NCBI GenBank assembly: GCA_902604905.1
Contig: CACLAN010000002.1
Coordinates: 1,560 to 65,559, forward strand
DNA length: 64,000 nucleotides
From: an uncultured Alphaproteobacteria bacterium
Lineage (GTDB): Bacteria; Pseudomonadota; Alphaproteobacteria; HIMB59; GCA-002718135
Direction: 5' to 3'
This document shows, in pieces, positions 44,129 to 54,913 of this stretch. A model generated the notes under the pieces. That model did no database searches and had not been told where the DNA came from. It saw nothing but the letters and a program-made list of their open reading frames with translations. The stretch's first letter is position 1. The number at the start of each line of letters is the position of its first letter. A program made the translations under genes and the position numbers.

Positions 44129-45034
44129 CTATATTAATATTTTATTTGGTTTAAACAAATTACCATCTAATTTGCCTATTGAGACAATGTCTCCTTTCTT
44201 AAATAAAAAAATATTTTCTTTATTTAAGTTTATTGATGAAGAATTTATAATTTTATTTTCATCAATCATAATGGATCTCCCAAAAGATAAGTTTTCAATA
44301 TCTAATTTTTCTTCAATTTCATAAGCCAAGATGTCGTCCAGCATAGAAATTGTAGAGGAGATACAATTAATTTCTCCGTGCGTTTGTCCTATTTTTATTA
44401 AATCGTCCAGTAAAATCGAAGTTTTTTCTCTGAATTTACCTACTTTTGACCTTTTCAATGATGAAATATGACCATATGTTTTGAGATCTATAGCTAAATC
44501 ACGAGCTAGACTTCTGACATAAAAGCCCTGCCCGCATAAAATTTTAAATGATGTTTTGTTTATACTATAATCGGTAATATACAAATCTTGGACAAAAACT
44601 TTTTTTGGTTGAATCGTAAATTTTTTATTTTCTCTAAATAATTTATAAGCTCTTTTACCATTAATTTTAACTGCCGAAACTTTTGGAGGTATCTGATTTA
44701 TATAACCGATATAATTGATAATTTTTTTTTCTATTTCTTTTCTTTTGGGAAGGTAATTTGATTCAAATAAAATTTTACCATCAGCATCATCTGTTGTTGT
44801 TTGAGTTCCCCAAGTTATTGTAAATTCATATTCTTTATTTATTTTACTAAGATATGGAATTAGTTTTGTGGCTTTTCCTATAGCAATTGGTAACACACCT
44901 TCTGCCATAGGGTCTAAAGTGCCCGCGTGGCCAATTTTATTAATTGAAAATTTTTTTTTAATAAAATTAATGGCTTTAAAAGATGTAATATTTTTTGGTT
45001 TATATAAATTTATCCAACCTTGTTTTGAAATCAT
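44129..45034 (-). CDS. truB: tRNA pseudouridine-55 synthase
   Basis: Catalytic motif [15 protein letters not shown]. Confidence 0.93.
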   Translation of the reverse strand: MISKQGWINLYKPKNITSFKAINFIKKKFSINKIGHAGTLDPMAEGVLPIAIGKATKLIPYLSKINKEYEFTITWGTQTTTDDADGKILFESNYLPKRKEIEKKIINYIGYINQIPPKVSAVKINGKRAYKLFRENKKFTIQPKKVFVQDLYITDYSINKTSFKILCGQGFYVRSLARDLAIDLKTYGHISSLKRSKVGKFREKTSILLDDLIKIGQTHGEINCISSTISMLDDILAYEIEEKLDIENLSFGRSIMIDENKIINSSSINLNKENIFLFKKGDIVSIGKLDGNLFKPNKILI

Positions 45035-45399
45035 TTCTTAATATCTCTTAGGACATTTTTGTTTAATAATAGGTTTTCAATTTTTTCTGCCTCGTCAAAT
45101 GTGTCATCTAAATAAAAAGAAAGTCTTGGAGTGAATTTTGAATTAATTTTTGCTTTAGAAATAAACTTCTGAAAAATATATTTCCTATCCTTCAAAATAT
45201 CCAAAATTTCTGATTTGTCTTTACCGCCAAGAGGCATGAAATATACGTTTGCAATTTTTAAATCCTTAGACATTCTAACAAATGATATTGTAATAGATGC
45301 AGAATTAATATTTTCGTCAAAAAAATCTTCTTTTAGCAAACAATCACTTAATAATGACCTTATCAACTCACCAAATCTAATTTGCCTCTGCGTATCCAT
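45031..45399 (-). CDS. rbfA: Ribosome-binding factor A
   Basis: Size, position between infB and truB, and an RbfA-like KH-fold sequence. Confidence 0.88.
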   Translation of the reverse strand: MDTQRQIRFGELIRSLLSDCLLKEDFFDENINSASITISFVRMSKDLKIANVYFMPLGGKDKSEILDILKDRKYIFQKFISKAKINSKFTPRLSFYLDDTFDEAEKIENLLLNKNVLRDIKK

Positions 45400-45411
45400 T
45401 GTAAAAAAACA

Positions 45412-47652
45412 TTATAACTTTCTACTTGTAGAAACTTCTTCAAATGTTTCAATAATATCACCTACTTTTATGTCACTATAATTATCTAGCATTACACCAC
45501 ACTCAAAACCTGACTTAACCTCAGATACTTCTTCCTTAAATCTTTTTAAACTACTAATTTGTCCTTTATGAATTACAATATTATCTCTTAAAATTCTAAT
45601 CTGTGATTTTCTAGAAATAAAACCATCTTTAACCATGCAGCCTGCAATATTTCCAACCTTTGAAATATTGAAAACTTCTCTAATCTCAACATTACCTGTA
45701 ATATTTTCAGAAATTTCAGGTTTTAATAAACCAGTTAACAGATTTTTTACATCATCAATAAGTTCATAAATAATTGAATAATATTTTATATCTACACCAT
45801 CTCTTTTTGCTATATCTCTTGCGTGAGGTAGGGCTCTAACATTAAAACCAACAATAAAACCTTTTCCAGAACCAGCTAAGGTAACATCGCTTTCAGTAAT
45901 TGCTCCTACACCTTTATAAATAACATTTACTTTTACTTCATCAGTTGATAGTTTGGTTATTGAGTTTTCAATTGCTTCTGCTGAACCTTGTACATCAGTT
46001 TTAATTACAACTGGAAGACTTGTTGCCTCTCCTTTATTAATTTGAGCAAACATCTCTTCAACGTTAGATTTTGCAACTGTATTTTTTTGGATTTGTAGTT
46101 TACTTGATCTAAATTCTGCTATTTTGCGTGCAATACTTTCATTTTCGACTACAATAAAATCATCGCCAGCTAATGGATTAGAATCAAATCCTAGAACTTC
46201 AACAGGTACTGATGGTTCAGCTTCTTTAATATTTTTACCTTTATCATCAATTAGTGCTTTAACTTTTCCCCACTCAGATCCAGATACAAAAATATCACTT
46301 ACTTTTAATGTTCCTTTTTGTACTAGAATTGTTGCAACTGAACCTCGGCCTTTTTCAAGTTTAGACTCAATTACAGATCCCCTAGCTTTTCTATCAGGGT
46401 TAGCTTTAAGATTAAGAAGATCTGCTTGTAGATGAATTGCCTCTTCTAATTTGTCTAAATTTGTTCGTTTAGTTGCTGAAACTTCAATATCTAAAACTTC
46501 ACCACTTAGTTTTTCAACAATAACTTCATGATTAAGTAATTCATTTCTAACTTTATCAGGATCGGCTCCTGGGAGATCAATTTTGTTAATAGCAACTATT
46601 ATCGGAACTTCTGCAGATTTTGCGTGGGCAATTGATTCAATTGTCTGAGGTTTAATTCCGTCATCTGCAGCAACAACAAGTATAATTATATCAGTTGTTT
46701 TAGATCCTCTAGCTCTCATATTCGAGAAAGCTGCATGACCTGGAGTATCGATAAATGTAACCTTTTTGTTATTATTATTAATTTGATAAGCACCAATATG
46801 CTGTGTAATACCGCCAGCCTCACCAGATACAACGTTACTTTCTCTAAAAGCATCAAGTAAAGAGGTTTTTCCATGATCAACATGGCCCATGATTGTTACT
46901 ACAGGAGCTCTTTTAATAAGACTATCCTTTTGATCTTGAAAATCTTCAATATCATTTAATACATCATCATCTTTAACTACAGTTACTTTATGACCTAATT
47001 CTTCTGCTACTAATTGAGCTGTATCAGACTCTAAAGATTGTGTAGCATTTGCCATAACACCCATTTTCATTAGAACTTTAACTACATCTGCGGTTTTTTC
47101 TGCCATTCTATTAGCTAAATCTTGAACAGTAATAAAATCAGGAATAGAAATTTCTCTAGAGATTTTACTTACATCTTCATCATTTACTGACTTTAATCTT
47201 TCTTTTTCTCTAGCCCTTTTTATTTTAGCTAAACTTGGAAATTTATCGAATTCTTGATCTTCTTGTTCTAAGATTTTTTTTGCATCAGATTTACTAAAAT
47301 CATCTTCGAGCGGCCTTAGAGTTGACTTTTTTTGTTGTGTTTTTTTATCTACATTTTTTTTATTTTTATTTTCAAAATTTCTAGTTTTGTTAGGAGATGA
47401 AAAATTTGGTTGTGGCGAGGAGTTTATACCTGCTCTAGGTGTTCTTAAACTAGATGACCCTCTAAAATTTGATTGAGTTGTAGATGAACTTTTTTGCTGG
47501 TTATTTTTATTTTTGAATACAATTTGAATTGTTTTCTTGTTACCACTACTTCTTGCTTTATCGCCTGCTGGACCAAGATTTTTTCTTATTTGTAATCTTC
47601 CAGATGAAGATAATTTTAGCGGTTTTTTCTTACTACCTTTATCTTTATCCAA
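45412..47652 (-). CDS. infB: Translation initiation factor IF-2
   Basis: G-domain GHVDHGKTSLLD, DTPGH and NKID; basic low-complexity N-terminus; TTG start 2 nt after the nusA stop. Confidence 0.97.
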   Translation of the reverse strand: MDKDKGSKKKPLKLSSSGRLQIRKNLGPAGDKARSSGNKKTIQIVFKNKNNQQKSSSTTQSNFRGSSSLRTPRAGINSSPQPNFSSPNKTRNFENKNKKNVDKKTQQKKSTLRPLEDDFSKSDAKKILEQEDQEFDKFPSLAKIKRAREKERLKSVNDEDVSKISREISIPDFITVQDLANRMAEKTADVVKVLMKMGVMANATQSLESDTAQLVAEELGHKVTVVKDDDVLNDIEDFQDQKDSLIKRAPVVTIMGHVDHGKTSLLDAFRESNVVSGEAGGITQHIGAYQINNNNKKVTFIDTPGHAAFSNMRARGSKTTDIIILVVAADDGIKPQTIESIAHAKSAEVPIIVAINKIDLPGADPDKVRNELLNHEVIVEKLSGEVLDIEVSATKRTNLDKLEEAIHLQADLLNLKANPDRKARGSVIESKLEKGRGSVATILVQKGTLKVSDIFVSGSEWGKVKALIDDKGKNIKEAEPSVPVEVLGFDSNPLAGDDFIVVENESIARKIAEFRSSKLQIQKNTVAKSNVEEMFAQINKGEATSLPVVIKTDVQGSAEAIENSITKLSTDEVKVNVIYKGVGAITESDVTLAGSGKGFIVGFNVRALPHARDIAKRDGVDIKYYSIIYELIDDVKNLLTGLLKPEISENITGNVEIREVFNISKVGNIAGCMVKDGFISRKSQIRILRDNIVIHKGQISSLKRFKEEVSEVKSGFECGVMLDNYSDIKVGDIIETFEEVSTSRKL

Positions 47653-47654
47653 TT

Positions 47655-49193
47655 TTAATCCTTATTTTGTTCTTCAGACCAGAAACTTCTTGCTTCCATT
47701 ATCATGTTGTTAGCTATTTCTTCATCAAGATCTAATTCTTTTAAAATACCTTCATCTTTATCAATAAGTTCAAAAGTAGCTAAATCTGCAAAATCATTAA
47801 CATTAAGAATGTTTGACTTTGCAAGTTCTGCCAAAATACTATTATTCATACCTTTCAAATTTTTTAATTTTTCATCACTAATATTTTTTTCTATAATTTT
47901 TTTATTAGACTCTTCCTTATCTTGAATAAAACTTTTAGATCTATCAATAATTTCTTGAGCTAAAGTAGAATCAAAGCCTTCAATTTTTTCTAAATTTTCC
48001 AAAGTTTCAGTGGCTATAGACTCAACAGTTGTATAACCATCAGTAACAAGCAACTGGGCTATAACATCTTCAACATCAAGAGTCTCAGCTAATAAAACAC
48101 TTTTTTCTTTAAACTCTTGTTGTCTTCTTTCTGATTCTTCATCTTCAGTTAAAATATCTATTTCTAAACTAGTTAGGTTGGAAGCAAGTTTTACGTTTTG
48201 TCCTTTTCTTCCAATAGCTAAACTTAATTGGTCATCAGGTATTACAACCTCAACTTTGTTTTTTTCTTCATATAAAAAAATTTTACTTACTTCTGCAGGA
48301 GCAAGTGCATTAGCTAAGAAAGTAGCTTGATTATCTGACCAAGTAACGATATCTATTTTTTCCCCTTGTAATTCATTTACCACAGCTTGAACTCTTGAGC
48401 CTCTCATACCAACACAAGCACCTACAGGGTCAATTGTAGAATCTTCTGTGAAAACACTAATTTTAGCTCTAGAACCAGGATCCCTAGCAACACTTTTAAC
48501 AACGATAATGCCTTCATATATTTCAGGTACTTCTTGAAAAAATAGTTTTGATAAAAATTGAGGATGAGTTCTTGATAGAAAAACTTGATAACCTTTTACA
48601 TCATTTTTTACTTCATATATGTATGCTCTTACTCTGTCTCCATTCTTAAATGTTTCTCTAGGAATAAGTTCTTCTCTTTTAATTATTGCTTCACTCTTGC
48701 CTAAGTCTATAATTAAATTTCCAAATTCGGTTCTTTTAACTATACCAACTGCTATTTCACCAACTTTATCTTTATATTCTTCATATTGATTAGTTTTGTC
48801 AGCTTCTCTTACTTTTTGTATTATAACTCCTTTTGCATTCTGTGCAGCAACTCTACCTAATTCAATAGGTGGTAATTCTTTTATTATAAATTCTCCTAAA
48901 TTAATATCTGGATTAGCTTTTTTAGCATCATCAAAAAGAATTTGTCTTGATTGTAATTCATCGTTAACACTTTCAACAACCTCTAAATATGAATTTAACT
49001 TAATATCGCCAGTAGCTCTATCTATAGAAATTCTTATGTCAATTTCTTGACCGTATTTAACTCTTGCGGCTTTTTCTAATGCTTCCTCCATTGCTAAAAA
49101 AACTGAATCTTGATCAATGTTTTTTTCTTGCGCTACATTGGATGCAACCTGTAGCATTTCTTCTCTTATTACATTATATTTTTTTTTAGCCAT
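47655..49193 (-). CDS. nusA: Transcription termination/antitermination factor NusA
   Basis: N-terminal domain, S1 and two KH domains, plus a C-terminal acidic repeat region; upstream of infB. Confidence 0.96.
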   Translation of the reverse strand: MAKKKYNVIREEMLQVASNVAQEKNIDQDSVFLAMEEALEKAARVKYGQEIDIRISIDRATGDIKLNSYLEVVESVNDELQSRQILFDDAKKANPDINLGEFIIKELPPIELGRVAAQNAKGVIIQKVREADKTNQYEEYKDKVGEIAVGIVKRTEFGNLIIDLGKSEAIIKREELIPRETFKNGDRVRAYIYEVKNDVKGYQVFLSRTHPQFLSKLFFQEVPEIYEGIIVVKSVARDPGSRAKISVFTEDSTIDPVGACVGMRGSRVQAVVNELQGEKIDIVTWSDNQATFLANALAPAEVSKIFLYEEKNKVEVVIPDDQLSLAIGRKGQNVKLASNLTSLEIDILTEDEESERRQQEFKEKSVLLAETLDVEDVIAQLLVTDGYTTVESIATETLENLEKIEGFDSTLAQEIIDRSKSFIQDKEESNKKIIEKNISDEKLKNLKGMNNSILAELAKSNILNVNDFADLATFELIDKDEGILKELDLDEEIANNMIMEARSFWSEEQNKD

Positions 49194-49198
49194 AATTA

Positions 49199-49225
49199 TA
49201 AAAAAAAGGTGGGATAACCCACCTT
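49199..49225 (-). terminator. Intrinsic terminator/attenuator hairpin in the trmB-nusA spacer
   Basis: The minus strand reads AAGGTGGG-TTAT-CCCACCTT followed by a T-run. The plus-strand A-run 49200-49207 gives 8 Ts, the first two of which can pair. Then comes ATAATT and the nusA ATG (49193). Confidence 0.65.
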
Positions 49226-49265
49226 AATAATATTGCGTATATTAATATTTTACATAATTTCAAGC

Positions 49266-49922
49266 TTATAATTTTCTCAAAATGAATAAAGATGGTTTTC
49301 TTTGAGAATTAATTGCTTTTTTATAATATTTTGTCTCAATATCGAAATAATCTTTTATACTTAAATTAATTTTTGATTGGTTAACCCAAAGAAAATACTC
49401 CTTAGATCTGCAAATTGAGTTTAAAATGAATCTTACATAAATTGTCGAATCTGTAGCTATATAAATCTCACCATTCTCTTTCAAAGTTTTATGAATTTTT
49501 ATTAAAAAATCACAAGTTATCAATCTTCTTTTAGCATGTCTGTTTTTTGGCCATGGATCAGGAAAAAATATCCATACGAGGTTAAAGTATTTTTTATTTG
49601 TAATTTCTATAATATTATAAACATTTCCATTATGTAATAGAATGTTATTTATATTATTCTTTTGAATATTTTTGAGTAATATTATATTTCCATCAATATA
49701 TTTTTCACAAGAAATAACAATTTTGTCTGGAAATTGTTTTGCAAGAAATATACTGGTTTCACCATAGCCAGTACCAACATCTAAAATATATTCTGATTTT
49801 TCATTAAAATTTTTGAACTTATATTTGTCAACTGTTGCGTAATAGTTTTTTAAATTAATTTTTTTTTTACTTCTTCCTCTTGTTCTTCCAAATAATCGAT
49901 TTGTATAATTGTTATTAAACAT
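49266..49922 (-). CDS. trmB: tRNA (guanine-N7)-methyltransferase
   Basis: FFPDPWPKNRHAKRRL motif and SAM-binding DVGTGYG. Confidence 0.9.
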   Translation of the reverse strand: MFNNNYTNRLFGRTRGRSKKKINLKNYYATVDKYKFKNFNEKSEYILDVGTGYGETSIFLAKQFPDKIVISCEKYIDGNIILLKNIQKNNINNILLHNGNVYNIIEITNKKYFNLVWIFFPDPWPKNRHAKRRLITCDFLIKIHKTLKENGEIYIATDSTIYVRFILNSICRSKEYFLWVNQSKINLSIKDYFDIETKYYKKAINSQRKPSLFILRKL

Positions 49923-51366
49923 TTTTCCTTAAATAATAGATGGTAATTAAAAGAAATATAATAAAAAAATAAATTTTTAGTATTAAATGTTCATTAACAA
50001 AATTATTTTTTTCTTGAAGAAATAATTTATGTTTAAATTTTTCAGTATTATTTAGCTGAGTGTTTTTTATTATATTGCCATTATTATCTATCACAGCAGA
50101 TATTCCATTATTAGATACACGTATTATTGGTTTATTAAACTCTGCTGCTCTGATTTTTGTTAAATACAAATGCTGATATGGTCCTATATATTTACCAAAC
50201 CAAAAATCATTAGTTATATTTACAATAAAATTACTTTTGTGATTTAATTTATTTAGTAGCTTCCAATAAAAAACTATCTCATAACAAATTACGGGAATAA
50301 AACTTATATTGTTTGATAAATTAATTATTCTTTCTTCCTTTCCATTTGAATAATTATGAGGACCAGCAATACTCTCTAAAAAAGTAAGTGTATCTCTGAA
50401 TGGTAAGAATTCTCCAAAAGGAACAAGTATTTTTTTGTCAAAATAAGTTACATTTGATGAGTTAATATTGATTAAACTATTATAGTATTTATTGTTCTCA
50501 AATCTTGTAGCACCAATAATCAATACTTGATTTTCTTTTAAAGAATCTTTTAAAATTTTTAGTTCAAGATCATCTATTAGATAGGGGAAATTATTTTCAC
50601 CAAATATTAACATATCTGCAGTACTTTCTTGAATATTATCAATTATTGTATTTAGTGTTTTTTTTGGTGTTAAAGATTGATCATTATTTTTAAAATTTAA
50701 TTGGAATATTTCTAAATCAATTGTGTTAGTTTTTAAATTAGTCTCTTTAGAATAGAAATGTGAAATCATTAAGAAAATTATTGGTAAAGTAATAATAAAT
50801 GAAAGGTATCTAATTTCTTTTTTCAGATTTAATGTCTTAAAAAAAATATAAGGTAAACAGAATATTTGAATTATCAAATAACTTGAGATTAATGTTCCAA
50901 AAGACTTTAATGAAAAAAGTAGATATTCATTACTAGAAACAACCAGAGAAAAGGTAAACCAAGGGAATCCATAAAAAAATACTGAAATTATATATTCACT
51001 AATAGTGAACATAAATGGAATTAAAAAAATTATTGGAATATTTTTACCTAACTTAAAAATTATTGTAAATACTAAACCTAAAATTAAAGATAATAAGATT
51101 ATTAATAACAAAAAAGCTAGAAAAAAAAATTTTGTTTCTTCAAAAACAAAAAAGGGATTTTTAACCCAAAATAAATAACTTATAAAAAATCCAAAACCAA
51201 AAAATAAAAAGTTTTTAAAAATGTTTAAATTACTAATATTTTTTTTATTTAAATCTAATACTAAACAAAGAAAGGGGAAAATTATAAAACCTAATGGTAA
51301 AAAAAAATACGGAGGAAATAGAAGTGATGTTAGAAGTCCTAGGGTTAAATAAATTAAAATAGTCAA
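49915..51366 (-). CDS. lnt: Apolipoprotein N-acyltransferase
   Basis: Multi-TM N-terminus plus a CN-hydrolase domain with catalytic Cys in VICYEIVF; conserved corC-lnt order. Confidence 0.88.
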   Translation of the reverse strand: MTILIYLTLGLLTSLLFPPYFFLPLGFIIFPFLCLVLDLNKKNISNLNIFKNFLFFGFGFFISYLFWVKNPFFVFEETKFFFLAFLLLIILLSLILGLVFTIIFKLGKNIPIIFLIPFMFTISEYIISVFFYGFPWFTFSLVVSSNEYLLFSLKSFGTLISSYLIIQIFCLPYIFFKTLNLKKEIRYLSFIITLPIIFLMISHFYSKETNLKTNTIDLEIFQLNFKNNDQSLTPKKTLNTIIDNIQESTADMLIFGENNFPYLIDDLELKILKDSLKENQVLIIGATRFENNKYYNSLININSSNVTYFDKKILVPFGEFLPFRDTLTFLESIAGPHNYSNGKEERIINLSNNISFIPVICYEIVFYWKLLNKLNHKSNFIVNITNDFWFGKYIGPYQHLYLTKIRAAEFNKPIIRVSNNGISAVIDNNGNIIKNTQLNNTEKFKHKLFLQEKNNFVNEHLILKIYFFIIFLLITIYYLRKNV

Positions 51367-52211
51367 TTATTTTTATTTACTTGAACTATTTCAATTTTTC
51401 TATTGTTTGATTTAACAATCTTGATTCTAAGCTCGTCATTAAAATCAATTACTTCATTATTTTTTGGTATCCTATTTATTTTTTCATATACTAGACCGCC
51501 TACAGAAGAAGTTTCATCATCTGCATTTCTAGGAATATTTATGGCAAAAAATTCCTCTAAGTCTTCTACCCTATAACTAGCATCTACAGTAATTGAGTTA
51601 TCTGATTTTTGATAAACTAATTCCTCATCATCTTCAGCATCATGTTCATCTTCTATTTCGCCAACGATTTCTTCAACTAAATCTTCTATCGTGACCAATC
51701 CGTCTACGCCCCCAACTCCATCTACTACAAGCCCTATATGAATTCTTGATGATCTCATGGTTTTTAGTAAATCTAAAATGGGTGATTTTGGTGCAACATA
51801 TAAAACATCTCTTATAATTTCATTCATTTGAAATGTATCTTGTGATGATTTAATAAAATCTTTGATGTGAAAAAATCCAATTACATTATCAATATTTTTT
51901 TTGTATACTGGAAATCTAGAATGTCCTTCCTCTTTAATGACCTCTAAAATTTCCTTATAAGATTTATCCTGATCTAAAGCAATTATCTCGCTTCTAGGAA
52001 TCATTAAGTCTTCAACGCTTTTTTCATTCAAATTTACAATGTTCTTAATTAGATTTTTTTCATTATTGTCATTAAGATCTTCAAGATCTTTATCATCCTC
52101 ATCATTAGCTATAAAATTTAAGATATCTTCTTTTGTTGAATCATTAGATAATAATTTTTTAATTAACCAATTTTTCCAACTCGATGTTTTATCAGCGTTA
52201 TTTGTGTTCAT
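51363..52211 (-). CDS. CBS-pair / CorC_HlyC domain protein (CorC/TlyC-like magnesium/cobalt efflux accessory protein)
   Basis: Tandem CBS domains and a C-terminal transporter-associated domain; conserved phoH-ybeY-corC-lnt order. Confidence 0.88.
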   Translation of the reverse strand: MNTNNADKTSSWKNWLIKKLLSNDSTKEDILNFIANDEDDKDLEDLNDNNEKNLIKNIVNLNEKSVEDLMIPRSEIIALDQDKSYKEILEVIKEEGHSRFPVYKKNIDNVIGFFHIKDFIKSSQDTFQMNEIIRDVLYVAPKSPILDLLKTMRSSRIHIGLVVDGVGGVDGLVTIEDLVEEIVGEIEDEHDAEDDEELVYQKSDNSITVDASYRVEDLEEFFAINIPRNADDETSSVGGLVYEKINRIPKNNEVIDFNDELRIKIVKSNNRKIEIVQVNKNN

Positions 52212-52690
52212 TGAATTTTATAAGGATTATTTATTCCAAATGATCCTAAAATTTTTATCTCCTCTTTTTTCATTTTTTTAAAATCTAAATTTTTTTTATG
52301 ATCATATCCATTAATGTGCAATAAACTATGGATTAGTAAATGGTTAAAATGATCATATATGCTAACTTTATTTCTATGTATAAATTTTTCAATAATATCT
52401 ATAGAGAAAAAAATATCACAATATAAAATTTTTCCAACATTTTTATTTGAATTCTCTGAAATAAAAGTAAGTACATCTGTGTCTGATTGTTTATTTTTAT
52501 AGATTTTATTAAGTTTTATCATTTTTGATTTATCTGTTAAAATTATGTTTAATTCAAATTTAAGATCTCTTTTAAAATATGCGTTCATCTTATTTATAGT
52601 TTTTTTTGTTATGGTCTTTATTTTAGGCACACGCCTTGGCCATTTTTTTGATTCTGAAAAAAAATCAACTTTTATGTTTTTCATATGCAT
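52208..52690 (-). CDS. ybeY: rRNA maturation endoribonuclease YbeY
   Basis: Zinc motif HSLLHINGYDH. The true start may be the third codon (MKNIK), which would shorten the overlap with phoH. Confidence 0.92.
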   Translation of the reverse strand: MHMKNIKVDFFSESKKWPRRVPKIKTITKKTINKMNAYFKRDLKFELNIILTDKSKMIKLNKIYKNKQSDTDVLTFISENSNKNVGKILYCDIFFSIDIIEKFIHRNKVSIYDHFNHLLIHSLLHINGYDHKKNLDFKKMKKEEIKILGSFGINNPYKIQ

Positions 52691-53624
52691 TAATAATTTT
52701 TTTTACTAAATCATGTCGCACGACATCCTTTTCTGACAATTCAATGAAACCTATATCATTAACTTTGTTTAATTTTTTTAATGCATCTTTGAGCCCTGAA
52801 TCTTTTTCACTTACAAGATCGATCTGTGTAATATCTCCTACAACTACCATTTGACTATTTTTACCTAGTCTTGTTAGAAACATTTTCATTTGTGTTTTTG
52901 TTGTATTTTGAGCTTCGTCTAATATTATAAAACAATCTTCAAGAGTTCTTCCTCTCATGAATGCGATAGGTGCTATTTCAATTGTGTTATTAAGTAATTT
53001 TTTTTCTACTTGTTCAAAAGGAAGCATGGAATATAGAGCATCATAAATAGGTCTCAAAAAAGGGTCAACTTTATCTTTTAAATCCCCTGGTAGAAAACCT
53101 AACTTTTCACCAGCTTCAACAGCAGGTCTTGATAGAATAATTTTATTTACCTTTCCATCTTGAAGTGCTGAAACTGCTTTAGCAACAGCCAAATAAGTTT
53201 TTCCAGTTCCAGCTGGACCAATAGCAAATGTAATATTTTTTGTTTTTAGTAGTTGAAGATATTTATTTTGAATTTGAGTTCTTGGTATAATTTTTCTTTT
53301 TTTAGTCTGAATAAATAGATCCATCTGTTTGTCTGTTTTTATATTCATTGATATTAAGCTTTTATTATCTCTTATTCTATCCTCATCTATTTCAGCACCA
53401 TTTTGTGCTTCTTTAAATAAATTAAGAATAGTTTTCTTGGTTTCAAAAATTGATTTTTTTTTACCTGAGATTTTAATTTTATTTCCACGATATTGAATTT
53501 TAACTTGATTAATCTGTTCTATAAGAGATAAATTTCTATCATTAATTCCAAACAAATTACTTAAAATTGTATTATCATCTAATTCTAATTCCAGATTTTC
53601 GTTCTTATTTACTATATCTGACAT
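52665..53624 (-). CDS. phoH: PhoH-like ATPase (YbeZ)
   Basis: Walker A GPAGTGKTYLA and Walker B IILDEAQN. Confidence 0.93.
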   Translation of the reverse strand: MSDIVNKNENLELELDDNTILSNLFGINDRNLSLIEQINQVKIQYRGNKIKISGKKKSIFETKKTILNLFKEAQNGAEIDEDRIRDNKSLISMNIKTDKQMDLFIQTKKRKIIPRTQIQNKYLQLLKTKNITFAIGPAGTGKTYLAVAKAVSALQDGKVNKIILSRPAVEAGEKLGFLPGDLKDKVDPFLRPIYDALYSMLPFEQVEKKLLNNTIEIAPIAFMRGRTLEDCFIILDEAQNTTKTQMKMFLTRLGKNSQMVVVGDITQIDLVSEKDSGLKDALKKLNKVNDIGFIELSEKDVVRHDLVKKIINAYEKHKS

Positions 53625-54913
53625 TCTAGAGCAAAATTAGTTGAGTTTATAATTTTAACATTCATAACTTGATTAAGTAAATCTTTTTTGGAATTAACAA
53701 ATGTACTTTGATTATAAATCGTACGGCCTATAAATTGATCTTTGTGTCTTCCAATTTTTTCAAATAATACTTCCATGCCTTTATTAACGAATGACTTATT
53801 AAAATTTATTTGTTGTTGTGTAAGTAAAGATTGCAATGCACTTAAACGTGCTTTTTTATCTAATATACTAATATTATCTTTATTTTGAGCAGGTGTTCCT
53901 GGTCTTGGACTATAAATAAAGGAATAAGCAATAACAAAATTAACTTTTTCAATAAATTTCATTGTATCTTCAAAATCTTTATCTGTTTCTTCTGGAAAGC
54001 CAACAATGAAATCTGATGAAAGAGCAATATCTGGACGGACATTTCTTATTTTTTCTACGATTTTTAAATAATCATCAACTGTATGTTTTCTGTTCATTTT
54101 TTTTAAAATTTTATCTGAACCTGATTGAATAGGTAAATGAAGGAATGGCATTAGTTTTGAATTTTCGGCATGAGCATTGATTAAAGAATCTTTCATATCA
54201 ATAGGGTGAGATGTCATATATCTAATCCTCTTAATTTCTTCAATTTCACCTATCTTATTAATTAAATAAGCTAAATCTTTTGATTTTCCATCAGAAGCTA
54301 TACCGTGATAAGCATTAACATTTTGACCTAGTAAAATTATTTCTTTAATTCCATTTGAAACATATTTTTTTGTCTCCTCTACAATATCATTAACTGGTCT
54401 AGAAAATTCTGGCCCCCTGGTGTATGGCACTACACAAAAAGAACAGAATTTGTCACATCCTTCTTGAATAGATAAAAATTCAGATGATAAATTTGAAGAA
54501 TTAAAAATTAAATTTTTAAATTTTTCATTTTGTAAAAATTCACTATTTTCTACTTCGTCAACTCTATCGATCATGTCAGGAAGTTTGTGATAAGATTGTG
54601 GCCCCACAACATAATCAACTGACGGTGATCTTTTTTTTATCTCAAGACCCTCTGCTTGAGCTACACAACCGGCAACCACTAATTTCATGTTCTGTTTTTT
54701 ATCTTTAATTTTTTTTACCCTGCCAATATCAGAGTAAACTTTCTCAACTGCCTTTTCTCTAATGTGACAAGTATTCAAAACAGTTAAATCTGCCTTTGAA
54801 ATGTCGTCAGTTACTTTATATCCCTTATTTGAAAATAAATCTTTAATACGGTTGCTGTCGTATACATTCATCTGACAACCGTATGATTTTATATAAATAT
54901 ACTTATCACTCAT
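53612..54913 (-). CDS. miaB: tRNA-i6A37 methylthiotransferase
   Basis: N-terminal UPF0004 cysteines (GCQMN) and the radical-SAM motif CDKFCSFC; TRAM-domain C-terminus. Confidence 0.95.
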   Translation of the reverse strand: MSDKYIYIKSYGCQMNVYDSNRIKDLFSNKGYKVTDDISKADLTVLNTCHIREKAVEKVYSDIGRVKKIKDKKQNMKLVVAGCVAQAEGLEIKKRSPSVDYVVGPQSYHKLPDMIDRVDEVENSEFLQNEKFKNLIFNSSNLSSEFLSIQEGCDKFCSFCVVPYTRGPEFSRPVNDIVEETKKYVSNGIKEIILLGQNVNAYHGIASDGKSKDLAYLINKIGEIEEIKRIRYMTSHPIDMKDSLINAHAENSKLMPFLHLPIQSGSDKILKKMNRKHTVDDYLKIVEKIRNVRPDIALSSDFIVGFPEETDKDFEDTMKFIEKVNFVIAYSFIYSPRPGTPAQNKDNISILDKKARLSALQSLLTQQQINFNKSFVNKGMEVLFEKIGRHKDQFIGRTIYNQSTFVNSKKDLLNQVMNVKIINSTNFALECQI

